From: Candidatus Nanoarchaeia archaeon
GTDB lineage: Archaea; Nanobdellota; Nanobdellia; Pacearchaeales; GW2011-AR1
Reading direction: 5' to 3'
Length of the DNA stretch: 64,000 nt
NCBI GenBank assembly: GCA_049288015.1
Contig: JBAQGX010000003.1
Span: 138,034-202,033 of the forward strand
The position numbers were made by a program, and so were the translations under genes. Below, one piece after another: positions 28,260-38,229 of this stretch (position 1 is its first letter; each line of letters opens with the position of its first letter). The notes beneath the pieces were generated by a model. The model was not told where the DNA came from. It saw only the letters and a list, made by a program, of their open reading frames with translations, and did no database searches.

Positions 28260-28314
28260 GAATTCTCAAAGAAAAAGTATATTTTTAAGGGTTTCTATAA
28301 TTCGTTTAAAGATT

Positions 28315-28566
28315 TTAATTTCCAAAAAGACTTTCCAAATCCTTAATTGTTAAATGGCTTTGTGTTTTACCACTGAAATCAAATAAAGGAGAGTCATACA
28401 TTTTTTCCATTTCTTCAGAAGCGGCCTTGCTGTATCCTCTTTCTTCTAGCGCATATTCAAATATGCTTTTTCTCATACTTGCAGTTGACTCTATACTGTT
28501 ATAACAATAATAGGCCAATCCTCCAACAACCAAACCCAAGATGATTAGTCCCTTAGCTTTTGCCAT
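28315..28566 (-). CDS. Small membrane-anchored protein (83 aa)
   Basis: N-terminal TM helix. ORF only. Confidence 0.35.
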   Translation of the reverse strand: MAKAKGLIILGLVVGGLAYYCYNSIESTASMRKSIFEYALEERGYSKAASEEMEKMYDSPLFDFSGKTQSHLTIKDLESLFGN

Positions 28567-28602
28567 GAGAATTTATTCTTATTCATTTTTTAAAATTATC
28601 TC

Positions 28603-29055
28603 TTATTTCTTCTGACTAGTCATTCCTCTTGTTACATCCAGAAGAGTATTTTTTGCATCTATCTTACGTAACAAGCCTCTTGTAGTTTCTGAAACTTCCT
28701 GTTTAAGTTTATTAATATTGTCTACAGCTCTCCTCATCCCTGCTGTTGCAAGTTGGGCATTTATCAAGGCTATTCTTTCGCTTTCATGAATTTCTTTTAC
28801 GCTTTCTCCAATATTATAAAGTGAACTTCTCAATAGACTTAAGTTCTCGCCAAATCTCTTAAAATTATCTTCAATCTCTTGGGATCTATTTTTGCTTTCA
28901 ACATAATCTCCCATGATTCTATAAATCTGATAATAAAGTTCTCTTCTTGTTTCCATGGGAACTAGATTGGACTCTAGATATTTCAATGAATAAATCTCCT
29001 CTAATTTGTTAGAGATCATTGCATAGAACTCTTCATCTGTGCCAGGATATCCCAT
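28603..29055 (-). CDS. Hypothetical alpha-helical protein (150 aa)
   Basis: ORF. Its N-terminal ~55 aa are paralogous to the adjacent 67-aa ORF. Confidence 0.4.
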   Translation of the reverse strand: MGYPGTDEEFYAMISNKLEEIYSLKYLESNLVPMETRRELYYQIYRIMGDYVESKNRSQEIEDNFKRFGENLSLLRSSLYNIGESVKEIHESERIALINAQLATAGMRRAVDNINKLKQEVSETTRGLLRKIDAKNTLLDVTRGMTSQKK

Positions 29056-29136
29056 TACTCTAGCTTAGAACTTATATTATTTAAGAATTATGTATCTCCA
29101 GTGAATATTTTTCTATAACTTATTTGAACTGTTAAT

Positions 29137-29340
29137 TTAATGTCTTTCAGAATCACTTAGTTCTTGTCCACGCTTTTTTACTACTCTCTTGCATTCTATA
29201 TAATCTCCCATTAATCTTAGGACTGAATTTTGAAGTTCTTCCCTTTCCATGGGAACAAAATCAATGCCTTGTAATGAATAAAGTTCTTCCAACTTTTGAG
29301 ATGCCGCTGTATAGAACTCTTCTTCTTTGTTATGTTTCAT
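29137..29340 (-). CDS. Truncated paralog (67 aa) of the adjacent 150-aa protein
   Basis: EEFYTAASQKLEELYSLQGIDFVPMEREEL...LRLMGDYIECK aligns with EEFYAMISNKLEEIYSLKYLESNLVPMETRREL...YRIMGDYVESK. Confidence 0.35.
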   Translation of the reverse strand: MKHNKEEEFYTAASQKLEELYSLQGIDFVPMEREELQNSVLRLMGDYIECKRVVKKRGQELSDSERH

Positions 29341-29381
29341 TTTAAGACCTATTATACAGCCTACTTAAGGGTTGTGTATCT

Positions 29382-30539
29382 CTATTTCAGATTCTTTTGT
29401 ATTTCAATAAGTCTCTTGATTTTTACTTCTCTGACTTTGCTTGTTATTCCGCATTTCAGGAAATCTGCCTGAAATCCAAAGGCCAGATCTGCAAGAATAT
29501 TTTCTTCGGTGTCCCCACTTCTATGCGAGAAGACAATTTTTATGTTATTTTCTTTTGCCAATTTGCACACTCTTTTTACTTCGCTGAGAGGTCCGATTTG
29601 GTTTGGTTTTACAATTAAGGCGCTTATGCTCTTGTTTTTTATTGCCTCGTTTAATCTTTTGTAATTTGTTGTTGTCAGATCATCTCCTACAATGAGGCTG
29701 TTTGGGAATTTTTTGTTGAGCTTTGCAAAACTCTTGAAATCTTCTTCGTCAAAAGGATCCTCAACATAAAAGAGATTGAAATTGTCGATCATGTTAGAGA
29801 TGTAATAAAATTGCTCTTCATCAGTTCTTTTGAATATCGGATTGTTGTAAAGATATTTTTTTCTCTTGAAGAAAGTTGAACTTGCAATATCAACACCTAA
29901 TGGAAGATTAAGTTCACTAAGTACATCCAAAGCTTCTTTGTCCATAAGCGAAGTAACCCAAGCGTCTTCGTCGTTTCTTTTTGATTTGAATGTGCTGTCT
30001 CTCTTCTTTAAAATCTGTTCGGCTCTCTCTTTTCCATCTTTCATGGTTTCAAAAGCCTCTTCAACATTTCTTGTATCAGGGATTAACAAGAATTCTTGGA
30101 AGTCTGGTTTTTTGCTATTAGTAGTATGTTCTCCTCCTCCGATGCAATTTCCAACTAGTCTTGGAAATTCTTTGGCGTTTGGATTAATCAATTCCCACAC
30201 TTGTTTTTTCTGTTCTTTAGCCAAGGCTTTTAGAATTGCAGATTCAAGTGCGAAAGTTGTGTTTGCTCCTACTTGCCTATCTATGATGTCCTCCACTCTT
30301 CTTAGATCGTCAAATTTTTCAATATTTTCTTTGGAAAAATAATCTGAGAATTCTCCTATCTTGTTTATATCTTCATCCAGAGTTTTCTTGTAAGGTTCTG
30401 CTTCATGCTTTCCTCTTGATTTTCCTGTTGGAGAACTTGCAGAAAAATCTCCTACATTTGTTTTGATTTGAACCAAAATAGTTTTCTCTTTTCTGGAGTC
30501 AAGAATTTCTTTAGCAGAAGTAGATTTTATTACCACCAT
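29382..30539 (-). CDS. eno: Enolase (phosphopyruvate hydratase), compact 385 aa
   Basis: SHRSGDTEENILADLAFG signature, with upstream metal-binding DD/E residues. Confidence 0.9.
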   Translation of the reverse strand: MVVIKSTSAKEILDSRKEKTILVQIKTNVGDFSASSPTGKSRGKHEAEPYKKTLDEDINKIGEFSDYFSKENIEKFDDLRRVEDIIDRQVGANTTFALESAILKALAKEQKKQVWELINPNAKEFPRLVGNCIGGGEHTTNSKKPDFQEFLLIPDTRNVEEAFETMKDGKERAEQILKKRDSTFKSKRNDEDAWVTSLMDKEALDVLSELNLPLGVDIASSTFFKRKKYLYNNPIFKRTDEEQFYYISNMIDNFNLFYVEDPFDEEDFKSFAKLNKKFPNSLIVGDDLTTTNYKRLNEAIKNKSISALIVKPNQIGPLSEVKRVCKLAKENNIKIVFSHRSGDTEENILADLAFGFQADFLKCGITSKVREVKIKRLIEIQKNLK

Positions 30540-30586
30540 TTTGGTGAAAAATCTTTTTTGTTTATATATTTTTAGATTTAGAAAAA

Positions 30587-30964
30587 TTAATCTTCTCCGC
30601 CAGTGCTTTCTTCAGGCTCTTCTTCAACTTCATCATCTGGAGTTGCAAGTTCCATTATTTCTCCTTCTTTTTCAATCTCTCCTTCGTCGGATACTTCTCC
30701 TTCTTCCACCTTCTTATCGCTGCTTATCTTTTCTTTTACTCTCTTCAACTTTTCCTCTTTCTTTGTAGGCAGAGGTCTGTTGACTGAGATTGGAAGAATC
30801 CCTGAACCAAATTCAATTTCGGCGATTTTCAAAGGATCATAATGGATTTTTTCAAGTTCTTCTGTGTTTATTTTCACAAGCAAAGGTGCATTCATTGCAA
30901 TCTGCAGAGCTCTTGCTCCAAGAATTCTTGAAATTTCATATCTTGAGAATTTTTCTTTTTCCAT
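30587..30964 (-). CDS. rpoK: DNA-directed RNA polymerase subunit K (Rpo6/RpoK) with an acidic C-terminal tail
   Basis: YEISRILGARALQIAMNAP core motif, then a ~45-aa D/E-rich extension. Confidence 0.8.
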   Translation of the reverse strand: MEKEKFSRYEISRILGARALQIAMNAPLLVKINTEELEKIHYDPLKIAEIEFGSGILPISVNRPLPTKKEEKLKRVKEKISSDKKVEEGEVSDEGEIEKEGEIMELATPDDEVEEEPEESTGGED

Positions 30965-30965
30965 T

Positions 30966-31763
30966 TTATAAATAATTTTTTAGGCTTGAAATAACTTTCT
31001 CTCTGACTTTTTCAGACAAATCGAAAACATTTCCCATTTCTTCAATGCTTAATGTTCCACTTTCTCCTTTTTGCATTGCGAATATAGTCTCTTCGAATCC
31101 GGAAGTTGTAAGTCTCATCTCACTTGTGTCTTCCTCTTCTCTTGTTGGATCAACAACAAAATTGTCTCCTATTTTGTAGATTGTCAAGGATAAAGGAATT
31201 ATTTCTTTTGAAAGAGAAAGCTTCTTTTCATGCTTGTCATATAAAACTTTTCCGGTTTCTTCATCATATCCTGGAATCATTGTGCTGTTCAATGCAGCAA
31301 GTGCTGCAATTCCTGCAGCATCAAGCAGATTTCCATCATCATTTATTGAATAAACATCTATGAAAAGATTCCATACTTTCTCCCCTTCTTTTATGCATAG
31401 TTTTTCAAAATCAATATATTTGCTCTCTCTTATTCCTCTGTCCAGTATCCTTCCCATTTCAATTGCAGGTGTTTTTGGAGGTCCGCTTTCAAAATTTGAA
31501 GAACTCAATGGAGTTAGTTCAGCATTTGTCATCAGATTTCCCCTGTTTGGTGTGTCTGGGAAAGGTGTTGCAACATCCATTTTTATTCCGACTAGAACTT
31601 CAGTCTTCCCTATCTTTACTCTTGCGCTTCCTTCAGCATTTTTTGAAACTCCTGTTTCAATTTCTATCTTCCTGAATTCATCAAGTTTCCTTCCGTCAAA
31701 TCTTTTGCCATCTGAAAGATATCTTCTTATTATATTCTCGTTGAGTTTTCCTTCTTCTAACAT
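30966..31763 (-). CDS. rrp42: Exosome complex component Rrp42 (RNase PH-like, inactive subunit)
   Basis: RNase PH fold pattern DGR...DEFR...GSARVKIGKTEVLVGIK. Follows rrp41. Confidence 0.8.
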   Translation of the reverse strand: MLEEGKLNENIIRRYLSDGKRFDGRKLDEFRKIEIETGVSKNAEGSARVKIGKTEVLVGIKMDVATPFPDTPNRGNLMTNAELTPLSSSNFESGPPKTPAIEMGRILDRGIRESKYIDFEKLCIKEGEKVWNLFIDVYSINDDGNLLDAAGIAALAALNSTMIPGYDEETGKVLYDKHEKKLSLSKEIIPLSLTIYKIGDNFVVDPTREEEDTSEMRLTTSGFEETIFAMQKGESGTLSIEEMGNVFDLSEKVREKVISSLKNYL

Positions 31764-32474
31764 TTAATTTTTCTCCACGCTTTTTTTCAAAGCTTCTTTT
31801 TGTATTTCATGAATTTTCTTTGTTGCTTCTCTTGCAAGCTGAATAGCTTCTTTGAGCTGTTCCTTGCTTATTTTTCCATCAAGCTGCATGTGAGTTATTT
31901 CTCCGTCAGGAGTCATTGTTATAGGAATATCTGTAGGACCTTCTCCCTCTTCCCAATCCTCTTCAAGCTTGTTCACATCAACAACTAATTGTTTGTCAAG
32001 TTTTCCTATTGAAACACTGCTTACAAGACTCCTCATTGGAATTCCTGCCTGTGCAAGTGCAATTGCAGCTGCATTTATTCCTGCGCATCTTGTTGAAGCA
32101 TTTGCTTGAATGACATTTATGAAAACATCAACAACAGAATTTGGATATTTGTCTAGCATCAATATAGGCTCTAAAGCCCATTCTGTTATCTTGCTGATTT
32201 CGATGCTTCTTCTGTTCATTCCAGGACGTATTCTATCATTTACAGAGAAGCTGATCATGTTATATTCGCATCTTAGAATTCCTTTTTCAGGATCTTGTGC
32301 ATGTTGAGGATGCATTTTCCTAGGGCCATAAACTGCTGCTATTGCAATTGTGTCTCCGAACCCAAACATTGCGCTTCCATCTGCGTTTGGAACAACTCCT
32401 ACCTTAACAGTTACAGGTCTAAGTTCGTCAATCTTTCTTCCATCTGGTCTTTCGAATTCCTTTTCTTTTGTCAT
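31764..32474 (-). CDS. rrp41: Exosome complex exonuclease Rrp41 (RNase PH)
   Basis: RPDGRKIDELRPV...ADGSAMFGFGDT...TRCAGINAAAIAL pattern of the catalytic RNase PH subunit. Confidence 0.85.
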   Translation of the reverse strand: MTKEKEFERPDGRKIDELRPVTVKVGVVPNADGSAMFGFGDTIAIAAVYGPRKMHPQHAQDPEKGILRCEYNMISFSVNDRIRPGMNRRSIEISKITEWALEPILMLDKYPNSVVDVFINVIQANASTRCAGINAAAIALAQAGIPMRSLVSSVSIGKLDKQLVVDVNKLEEDWEEGEGPTDIPITMTPDGEITHMQLDGKISKEQLKEAIQLAREATKKIHEIQKEALKKSVEKN

Positions 32475-33139
32475 TTTTCCTTTTCCCTTTCAAACCATCT
32501 TTTCATCTCTTCAGTTAATCCTTCTAAGAAGAAATTTTCAGTTATGAACATTATAGCTTTTTTTGCAAACAACTCAGCTTCGGTATTTTCTCCGCTGATC
32601 CATATTATTCCATTCTGTCCGACAGTTATATTGCATTTTGTTTCTTCTTTTATCAAGTTTATCATGCTTCCTTCCTTTCCTATAACTCTTGGAACTTTGT
32701 TTGAATTTATTTTTATGATCATTCCATCATCTATCTTTCCAAGCCCGTGAACTCTTAATGTCAAATCAATTCCTCTTTTGTCTATGTTGACTATTTTTGC
32801 AACAACCATTTCCCCGAGATCAAGAGCTTCAGCAAATTCTCCTTGATTTACATATCTTGGAAATTCGCTCACTGGTAAGAATGCATTTTCAGGAGTATCA
32901 ATATCAATGAACCAGCCGCTTGATAATATGTTCACAGCCTGTCCGATAACAACATTTCCTTTTCTTGGTTGATATACACCTGAGATTGGAATAATTCTTA
33001 CAAGTCTGTCCTGTTCTTCAGCTACTCCAAATCTTGTTGAGACTATTTCATCATTTCTTTTTTCTGTCCACTCGCCGGGAAGATATTCTTTTCCTATTAC
33101 AATTGTTTCTCCAGGAATAACTAATTTTCTTTCTGTCAT
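32471..33139 (-). CDS. rrp4: Exosome RNA-binding subunit Rrp4 (N-terminal domain + S1 + KH)
   Basis: Domain-order pattern and a GKEGSMINLIKEETKC KH-like GxxG region. Immediately upstream of rrp41. Confidence 0.8.
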   Translation of the reverse strand: MTERKLVIPGETIVIGKEYLPGEWTEKRNDEIVSTRFGVAEEQDRLVRIIPISGVYQPRKGNVVIGQAVNILSSGWFIDIDTPENAFLPVSEFPRYVNQGEFAEALDLGEMVVAKIVNIDKRGIDLTLRVHGLGKIDDGMIIKINSNKVPRVIGKEGSMINLIKEETKCNITVGQNGIIWISGENTEAELFAKKAIMFITENFFLEGLTEEMKRWFEREKEK

Positions 33140-33140
33140 T

Positions 33141-33494
33141 TTAATTTAGTTCCTCTCCGGAAACTAGGTCAAGTGATTTAATTCGAGTTAAAATAGGTTC
33201 CCCTGATTCTGTCAAGAACATATTCTCCCATTTTTTATTTTTGAGAACTATTTTACCTAATCCTGAGCTGTAAACTTCTCTTGCTACATTATTCAAAAGC
33301 CCTAAATAATGAGATTCAGCATGATTGTACATTGTTTTAAGTTCGGAAAAAGATAAGAACCTTTTTACTTCTGGATTCTGAGATAAGAAAAAGAAAGCTT
33401 CATTGTACCTCTTTTTGTCTATAAGAGGCCTGACTTTTTGTTCATAAATTACCATCAACTGAGATTCATCATAAGCGGGCTGTGATTCTGCCAT
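33141..33494 (-). CDS. Hypothetical protein (117 aa) inserted between SBDS and Rrp4
   Basis: ORF with no recognisable motif. Its position is unusual for the conserved superoperon. Confidence 0.4.
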   Translation of the reverse strand: MAESQPAYDESQLMVIYEQKVRPLIDKKRYNEAFFFLSQNPEVKRFLSFSELKTMYNHAESHYLGLLNNVAREVYSSGLGKIVLKNKKWENMFLTESGEPILTRIKSLDLVSGEELN

Positions 33495-33495
33495 T

Positions 33496-34167
33496 TTATT
33501 GTTTTATTTCCTCAGTTATTGCACTTCCATGAGTGATAGAATTTAATTTGTCGTAGAAACTCATAACAATCCCTGCGGGAATATTAAGTGTTGCTTCAAG
33601 ACTTCCGTTTGGTAACCATTCTTCTCTTTCTTTATAGGGTCCTATTATTCCATAAGCTTGTCCTGTGTTAACGGCGGGAATAGTAACTTTTATTTTTTTC
33701 ATTTTAACGGTAATTGGTATAATTTTGCTTAGTTCTTGAAGAATATCGCTAATTTGGTTCTCTACGGGGGTATTCTTTATGTTAACATGTGCTTGTTCAA
33801 GTGCATTTTTAATCCTTTCGCTTGTATGGGGATTTCCTGTTTTAGGATCAATTGCATTCTTTGTCAAGAAGTCAATAACTTGTTTTATTTTCTTTTCTCT
33901 CTCTTCGTCCCTGTATTCTTGTGTTGTCAGTATTTCTCCGCTCTTTACAATATCTGCTATGATCTTGCTAGAGTCAGTAGTTCCAAAACATGATTTCAGA
34001 TCGTCTTGTGATGCTGCAAGACCTTTTTTTATATCCTTGAAAATTCTGTCGCTTTGAGCTCCAGGAGAAGTGCCCAAGCCTTTCTTAAATTTTAATGCTT
34101 CATCTAAGTCAACAACTATTTCAAAATTTTTGCCTGCTTTTTTAATTCTCGCAGTTGTATCGGTCAT
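33496..34167 (-). CDS. sdo1: SBDS/Sdo1 ribosome maturation protein
   Basis: N-terminal FYSH-like region (KAGKNFEIVVD), 223 aa. Canonical position between psmA and rrp4. Confidence 0.75.
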   Translation of the reverse strand: MTDTTARIKKAGKNFEIVVDLDEALKFKKGLGTSPGAQSDRIFKDIKKGLAASQDDLKSCFGTTDSSKIIADIVKSGEILTTQEYRDEEREKKIKQVIDFLTKNAIDPKTGNPHTSERIKNALEQAHVNIKNTPVENQISDILQELSKIIPITVKMKKIKVTIPAVNTGQAYGIIGPYKEREEWLPNGSLEATLNIPAGIVMSFYDKLNSITHGSAITEEIKQ

Positions 34168-34176
34168 TTTCTAATC

Positions 34177-34905
34177 CTATTTTTTCTCGGAATAAAACTC
34201 TTTTAATTGTTCTCCAACAACTCTGTCAAGTTTATCTTTATCATTTTTGACATAAGCCAATTCGAATCTCTCCAAATTGAATTTGTCTCCCTGAACTTCT
34301 TTGAAAATATCCAATGCTAACTTTACACCTTTCTTTATTGTCAAATCTTTCTTGTACTGCTCTCTTAATTTTTCTTTTATTCTTTCGTCATTTTCTCCTA
34401 TTGCATTTGCGTAATATGAGAAATAATTTCCAGTCACATCGCTAGTGAATAAAGAAGGCTTTTTGTTGACAACTCCTCCAACCATTAGTGCAGCTCCGTA
34501 AGGTCTTGCTCCGCCGTACTGTGTAAATTGCTGCTTCAAATCGGATATTTCCTTGATTATTGTCTCTGGCTCGATTGGAGAATCATAAGTTATTCTGTTT
34601 TGCTGTGCCAAAATCTGTGCTTTTTCAATCAAAACTCTTGCATCAGACATTATTCCCGCAATTGAAGAGATTATGTGTGAATCAATTTCGTATATTTTTG
34701 TTGCAGAAGATGGAACGATAAGCTTGTCATCTATTCTTTTGTCTGCAAGAATGAAAACACCATCAGTACAGACGATTCCAATACTTGAACTTCCGAGTCT
34801 TATTGTCTTTTCAGCATATTCAACCTGAAGTAGATGACCATCTGGGGAGAACATTGTAGCTGTTCTGTCATAACCCATTGTTTGATGCTGCATATCTATA
34901 TCCAT
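34177..34905 (-). CDS. psmA: Proteasome subunit alpha
   Basis: YDRTATMFSPDGHLLQVEYA alpha-subunit signature. 242 aa. Confidence 0.9.
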   Translation of the reverse strand: MDIDMQHQTMGYDRTATMFSPDGHLLQVEYAEKTIRLGSSSIGIVCTDGVFILADKRIDDKLIVPSSATKIYEIDSHIISSIAGIMSDARVLIEKAQILAQQNRITYDSPIEPETIIKEISDLKQQFTQYGGARPYGAALMVGGVVNKKPSLFTSDVTGNYFSYYANAIGENDERIKEKLREQYKKDLTIKKGVKLALDIFKEVQGDKFNLERFELAYVKNDKDKLDRVVGEQLKEFYSEKK

Positions 34906-35003
34906 TTTTATGTTATAGAGAAATTATAATTAATCTGGTTTTTTCTCTTTATCTGTGTTTTTAGGAACAGCCTTGCCTTTTAAAAGGTTTTCGGATGCCA
35001 AGT

Positions 35004-35282
35004 TTACTTCATCTTTTCCTTTAATCCCCTTAAAGTTCCGCTTACTCTTTGAACCTCTATCCTTTCCGGCCAGACACAGAAACTTGCGCGAACATCATTG
35101 ATCATTTCCCTATTAATTGATATTATGGCAGAATCTTTTTCTTTCTTGATCCAACCAAGACCTGTTTTTGACATTCCAAGCACCCCTATAAAATCAAGAA
35201 TAGACTTTTCTATGCTTCCGATATCTCCTTTGACAAGAAGATACCTTTTCTTCTCCCGCATTGTAGGACGAAGTGATTTCAT
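35004..35282 (-). CDS. rnp2: RNase P protein component 2 (Pop5/Rnp2)
   Basis: 92 aa with LRPTMREKKRYLL start, in the canonical position upstream of psmA in the exosome superoperon. Confidence 0.6.
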   Translation of the reverse strand: MKSLRPTMREKKRYLLVKGDIGSIEKSILDFIGVLGMSKTGLGWIKKEKDSAIISINREMINDVRASFCVWPERIEVQRVSGTLRGLKEKMK

Positions 35283-35316
35283 AATCTGGATAGTCGTTTT
35301 TATTTTATAATTCTTC

Positions 35317-35817
35317 CTAAATTCTGCAGGTTTTCAATCCTCTTTTCATGAGATAATTCTGGTGATAATCTTCTGCTCTGTAGAATGTTTCAACTTTTCT
35401 TATCTCTGTTACAATCTTCTTTCTGTATTTTTTCTGCTCTTTCGTCATTGATTTCTCGGCTTCAGCTTTCTGTTTTGGATCGTAATAAAATATGGCAGAT
35501 TTGTACTGGCTTCCAAAATCTGGACCTTGCCTGTTCCATTCGGTTGGATTATGAATTTTCCAGAAAATTTCTAATATTTTCCCGTAAGGAATATCTTTTG
35601 GATTGAATACTATCTCGCATACCTCGATAAATCCAGTTCTGTCTGAGCTGACTTGTTCGTAAGTAGGATCTGGATATTTTTTGCTGTCTCCGCCCATATA
35701 TCCGACAGTTGTTTTAATAACGCCTTTTACTGTTCTGAAAGCTTCTTCAGTATTCCAGAAGCATCCCGCTCCAAAAACGGCTTTTTCACTTTTTACTTTT
35801 GGTTTCTTTTTTTCCAT
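35317..35817 (-). CDS. msrA: Peptide methionine sulfoxide reductase MsrA
   Basis: GAGCFWNTE active-site motif. Confidence 0.9.
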   Translation of the reverse strand: MEKKKPKVKSEKAVFGAGCFWNTEEAFRTVKGVIKTTVGYMGGDSKKYPDPTYEQVSSDRTGFIEVCEIVFNPKDIPYGKILEIFWKIHNPTEWNRQGPDFGSQYKSAIFYYDPKQKAEAEKSMTKEQKKYRKKIVTEIRKVETFYRAEDYHQNYLMKRGLKTCRI

Positions 35818-36202
35818 CTTTTTTGAAATTGAGTGCTATAGAATTTATGCAGTATCTGTTTCCTGTAGGAGTTTGAGGAGCATCTTTGAATAAGTGGCCT
35901 AAGTGGCTTCCGCATCTTGCACATAAGACTTCCTTTCTTATCATTCCATGGCTAAAATCCGTTTTTATTTTTACGGAACCCTTTCTTGCATCATAAAAAC
36001 TCGGCCAACCGCAGCCAGAATCAAATTTAGTCGAAGAATCAAAGATAACATTCCCGCATGCAGCGCATAAAAACGCTCCCTTATCTTTGTTGTAAAGAAG
36101 TTTTCCTGTGAATGGAGCCTCAGTCTGCTTTTCTCTCAATACTTTGTACTGTTCGGGAGTAAGCTTTTTCTTCCAATCTTCCTCTGATTTTTTTACTTCC
36201 AT
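35786..36202 (-). CDS. msrB: Peptide methionine sulfoxide reductase MsrB
   Basis: Two CxxC zinc pairs and CGWPSF...[10 protein letters not shown]. Overlaps the msrA start by 32 nt. Confidence 0.9.
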   Translation of the reverse strand: MEVKKSEEDWKKKLTPEQYKVLREKQTEAPFTGKLLYNKDKGAFLCAACGNVIFDSSTKFDSGCGWPSFYDARKGSVKIKTDFSHGMIRKEVLCARCGSHLGHLFKDAPQTPTGNRYCINSIALNFKKDGKKETKSKK

Positions 36203-36260
36203 TTACTAAGTATATTTTATAATGAAACAAAATTTATAAATCTTTATTCTAAGAACTTAA

Positions 36261-36755
36261 ATGAGAAAATCTCTGAGCATTTATGATTCTAAAACTCTCT
36301 CCGAATTGGATATAAGTTATGGAGAGGTAGTTGCTTTTGATAATGCAGATTTGGAATTGCCATCGCCTTTCATTGTTGCAATTGCTCAGAATCTAACAAA
36401 GATTTCTCATGACCAATTTTTTTCAAAGAGGTTAGGATTAGGCATGGTATTTTGGCCCAAGGGAGAAGAACCTGAATACTGGTCTTTTAATGCAAAAGGA
36501 GATATAATGCAGCTATGGCCTTTGAGTTCTGGAGATCTGAGATCTAGAAATTATGATATATTTAATCCCAAGGGAACCTATCTAGTTGAGAAAGCCTATT
36601 CTGGAAAAGAGGATGTTTTAAGTGCGCTTGAAAATACAACTGGTTTTAAGCCTTATGCTAGTAGGCTGATTATGGAAAGGGGAAAATTCGGAAGAGCTTT
36701 TGAAATACTTGGCTTGGAATCTATTTTGCCAAACCAGTTAAGGATAAGAAGATAA
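36261..36755 (+). CDS. Hypothetical protein (164 aa)
   Basis: ORF only. Confidence 0.4.
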   Translation: MRKSLSIYDSKTLSELDISYGEVVAFDNADLELPSPFIVAIAQNLTKISHDQFFSKRLGLGMVFWPKGEEPEYWSFNAKGDIMQLWPLSSGDLRSRNYDIFNPKGTYLVEKAYSGKEDVLSALENTTGFKPYASRLIMERGKFGRAFEILGLESILPNQLRIRR

Positions 36756-36858
36756 TTCTACAAAAATATATAAACTAGGAATTTTCTCTATTTTCAGAGA
36801 AAGAGGAAAAAGTAGTAAAATAATTAGATTAAGAAATCTTGAAAAATTATAGATTAAT

Positions 36859-38214
36859 ATGGAAGTATGCACAGTAAGCGGTTATGATGAAGTCGGAAAA
36901 AATATGACTGCTGTTAAAATTGGAGAAGACGTAATTATATTTGATGCGGGAATTCATCTTCCTGCTTTGGTTGAATTGCAGGAAAAAGATAAAGACGAAG
37001 CGGACAATGAACCTTATTCTGAAGAGGAATTAAGAAAGGCAGGAGCTCTTCCTGATGACGAAATTCTGGATAAGATTGGATGGAGAGACAAAGTTCGTGC
37101 AATAATAATAGGGCACTCACACTTGGATCATATTGGAGCAGTTCCTTACATTGCACATCGTTATCCAAATGCAAAGATAATAGGAAGTCCATTCACGATT
37201 GAATTTTTGGAGACAACATTAAGGGATGAAAGAATAAATTTGCCAAATCAAAGAATAAAAGTAAATGAGAATTCAAGTTATATAATAAAAGGAAAAAGTG
37301 GTAGTTACAAAGCTGAGCTTATTCATGCGACACACTCTACATTGCAATGTGTCTTTATTGCATTGCACACACCTGAAGGTGTTTTCTTCTACACTCTTGA
37401 TTTCAAATTTGACAATCATCCAGTGATTGGAGAACCTCCTAATTACAAAAGGATGATGGAACTTGGGAGAAAAGGAATTGATGTTCTTGTTGCAGATTCT
37501 CTTTACTCGGGAACGGAAAAAAGGACTCCGAGCGAAAGGATTGCTCGGGACTTAGTAGAGGATGCTATCATGTCTGTTCATGACAGAAAATCAGCACTTG
37601 TGATTTCTACTTTCTCATCGCATATTGCAAGACTGAAAAGTATTGTCGAGTTTGGAAGAAAAACAGGAAGGGAAGTTGTTTTCCTGGGGAGAAGTCTTGA
37701 TAGATATGTTGACTGTGCGGTTAAGGTAAAGCAATGTCCGTTTAGGAAGAATATCAGAATTTTCAAATACAAAAAACAGATCAATTCTTTGCTTGGAAAA
37801 ATAAATGGCAGCAAAGGAAAATATCTTGTAGTTTGCACAGGTCATCAGGCAGAACCAAGCTCCGTTCTTGACAGGATCGTCAAGGGTGAAACTCCTTTGA
37901 AATTGACTGAGGGAGATAATGTAATATTTTCTTCTAGTATAATTCCAACTCAGGTAAATATAGATGCAAGAGCAGAAATGGACAAGAAGCTTAAGAAAAA
38001 TAAAGTAAGGATTCAATCAGATGTTCATGTTTCCGGACACGGATCAAGGGAAGATTTGAGAGATTTGCTTCAGATACTAAAACCAAAACATCTTATTCCG
38101 GCCCACGGAGAACATAGATTAACAACTCCAATGGTTGAATTAGCTTCTGAACTGGGATATAAGGCTGGAGAGACAGTTCATCTGTCTTCTAATGGGAAAG
38201 TATTAAAATTCTGA
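36859..38214 (+). CDS. rnj: Archaeal RNase J (metallo-beta-lactamase + beta-CASP 5'-3' exoribonuclease)
   Basis: IIGHSHLDHIGAVPY HxHxDH motif and downstream beta-CASP His/Asp motifs. ~450 aa with no KH domains, which distinguishes it from aCPSF1. Confidence 0.75.
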   Translation: MEVCTVSGYDEVGKNMTAVKIGEDVIIFDAGIHLPALVELQEKDKDEADNEPYSEEELRKAGALPDDEILDKIGWRDKVRAIIIGHSHLDHIGAVPYIAHRYPNAKIIGSPFTIEFLETTLRDERINLPNQRIKVNENSSYIIKGKSGSYKAELIHATHSTLQCVFIALHTPEGVFFYTLDFKFDNHPVIGEPPNYKRMMELGRKGIDVLVADSLYSGTEKRTPSERIARDLVEDAIMSVHDRKSALVISTFSSHIARLKSIVEFGRKTGREVVFLGRSLDRYVDCAVKVKQCPFRKNIRIFKYKKQINSLLGKINGSKGKYLVVCTGHQAEPSSVLDRIVKGETPLKLTEGDNVIFSSSIIPTQVNIDARAEMDKKLKKNKVRIQSDVHVSGHGSREDLRDLLQILKPKHLIPAHGEHRLTTPMVELASELGYKAGETVHLSSNGKVLKF

Positions 38215-38229
38215 TTAATATTAGATTAA

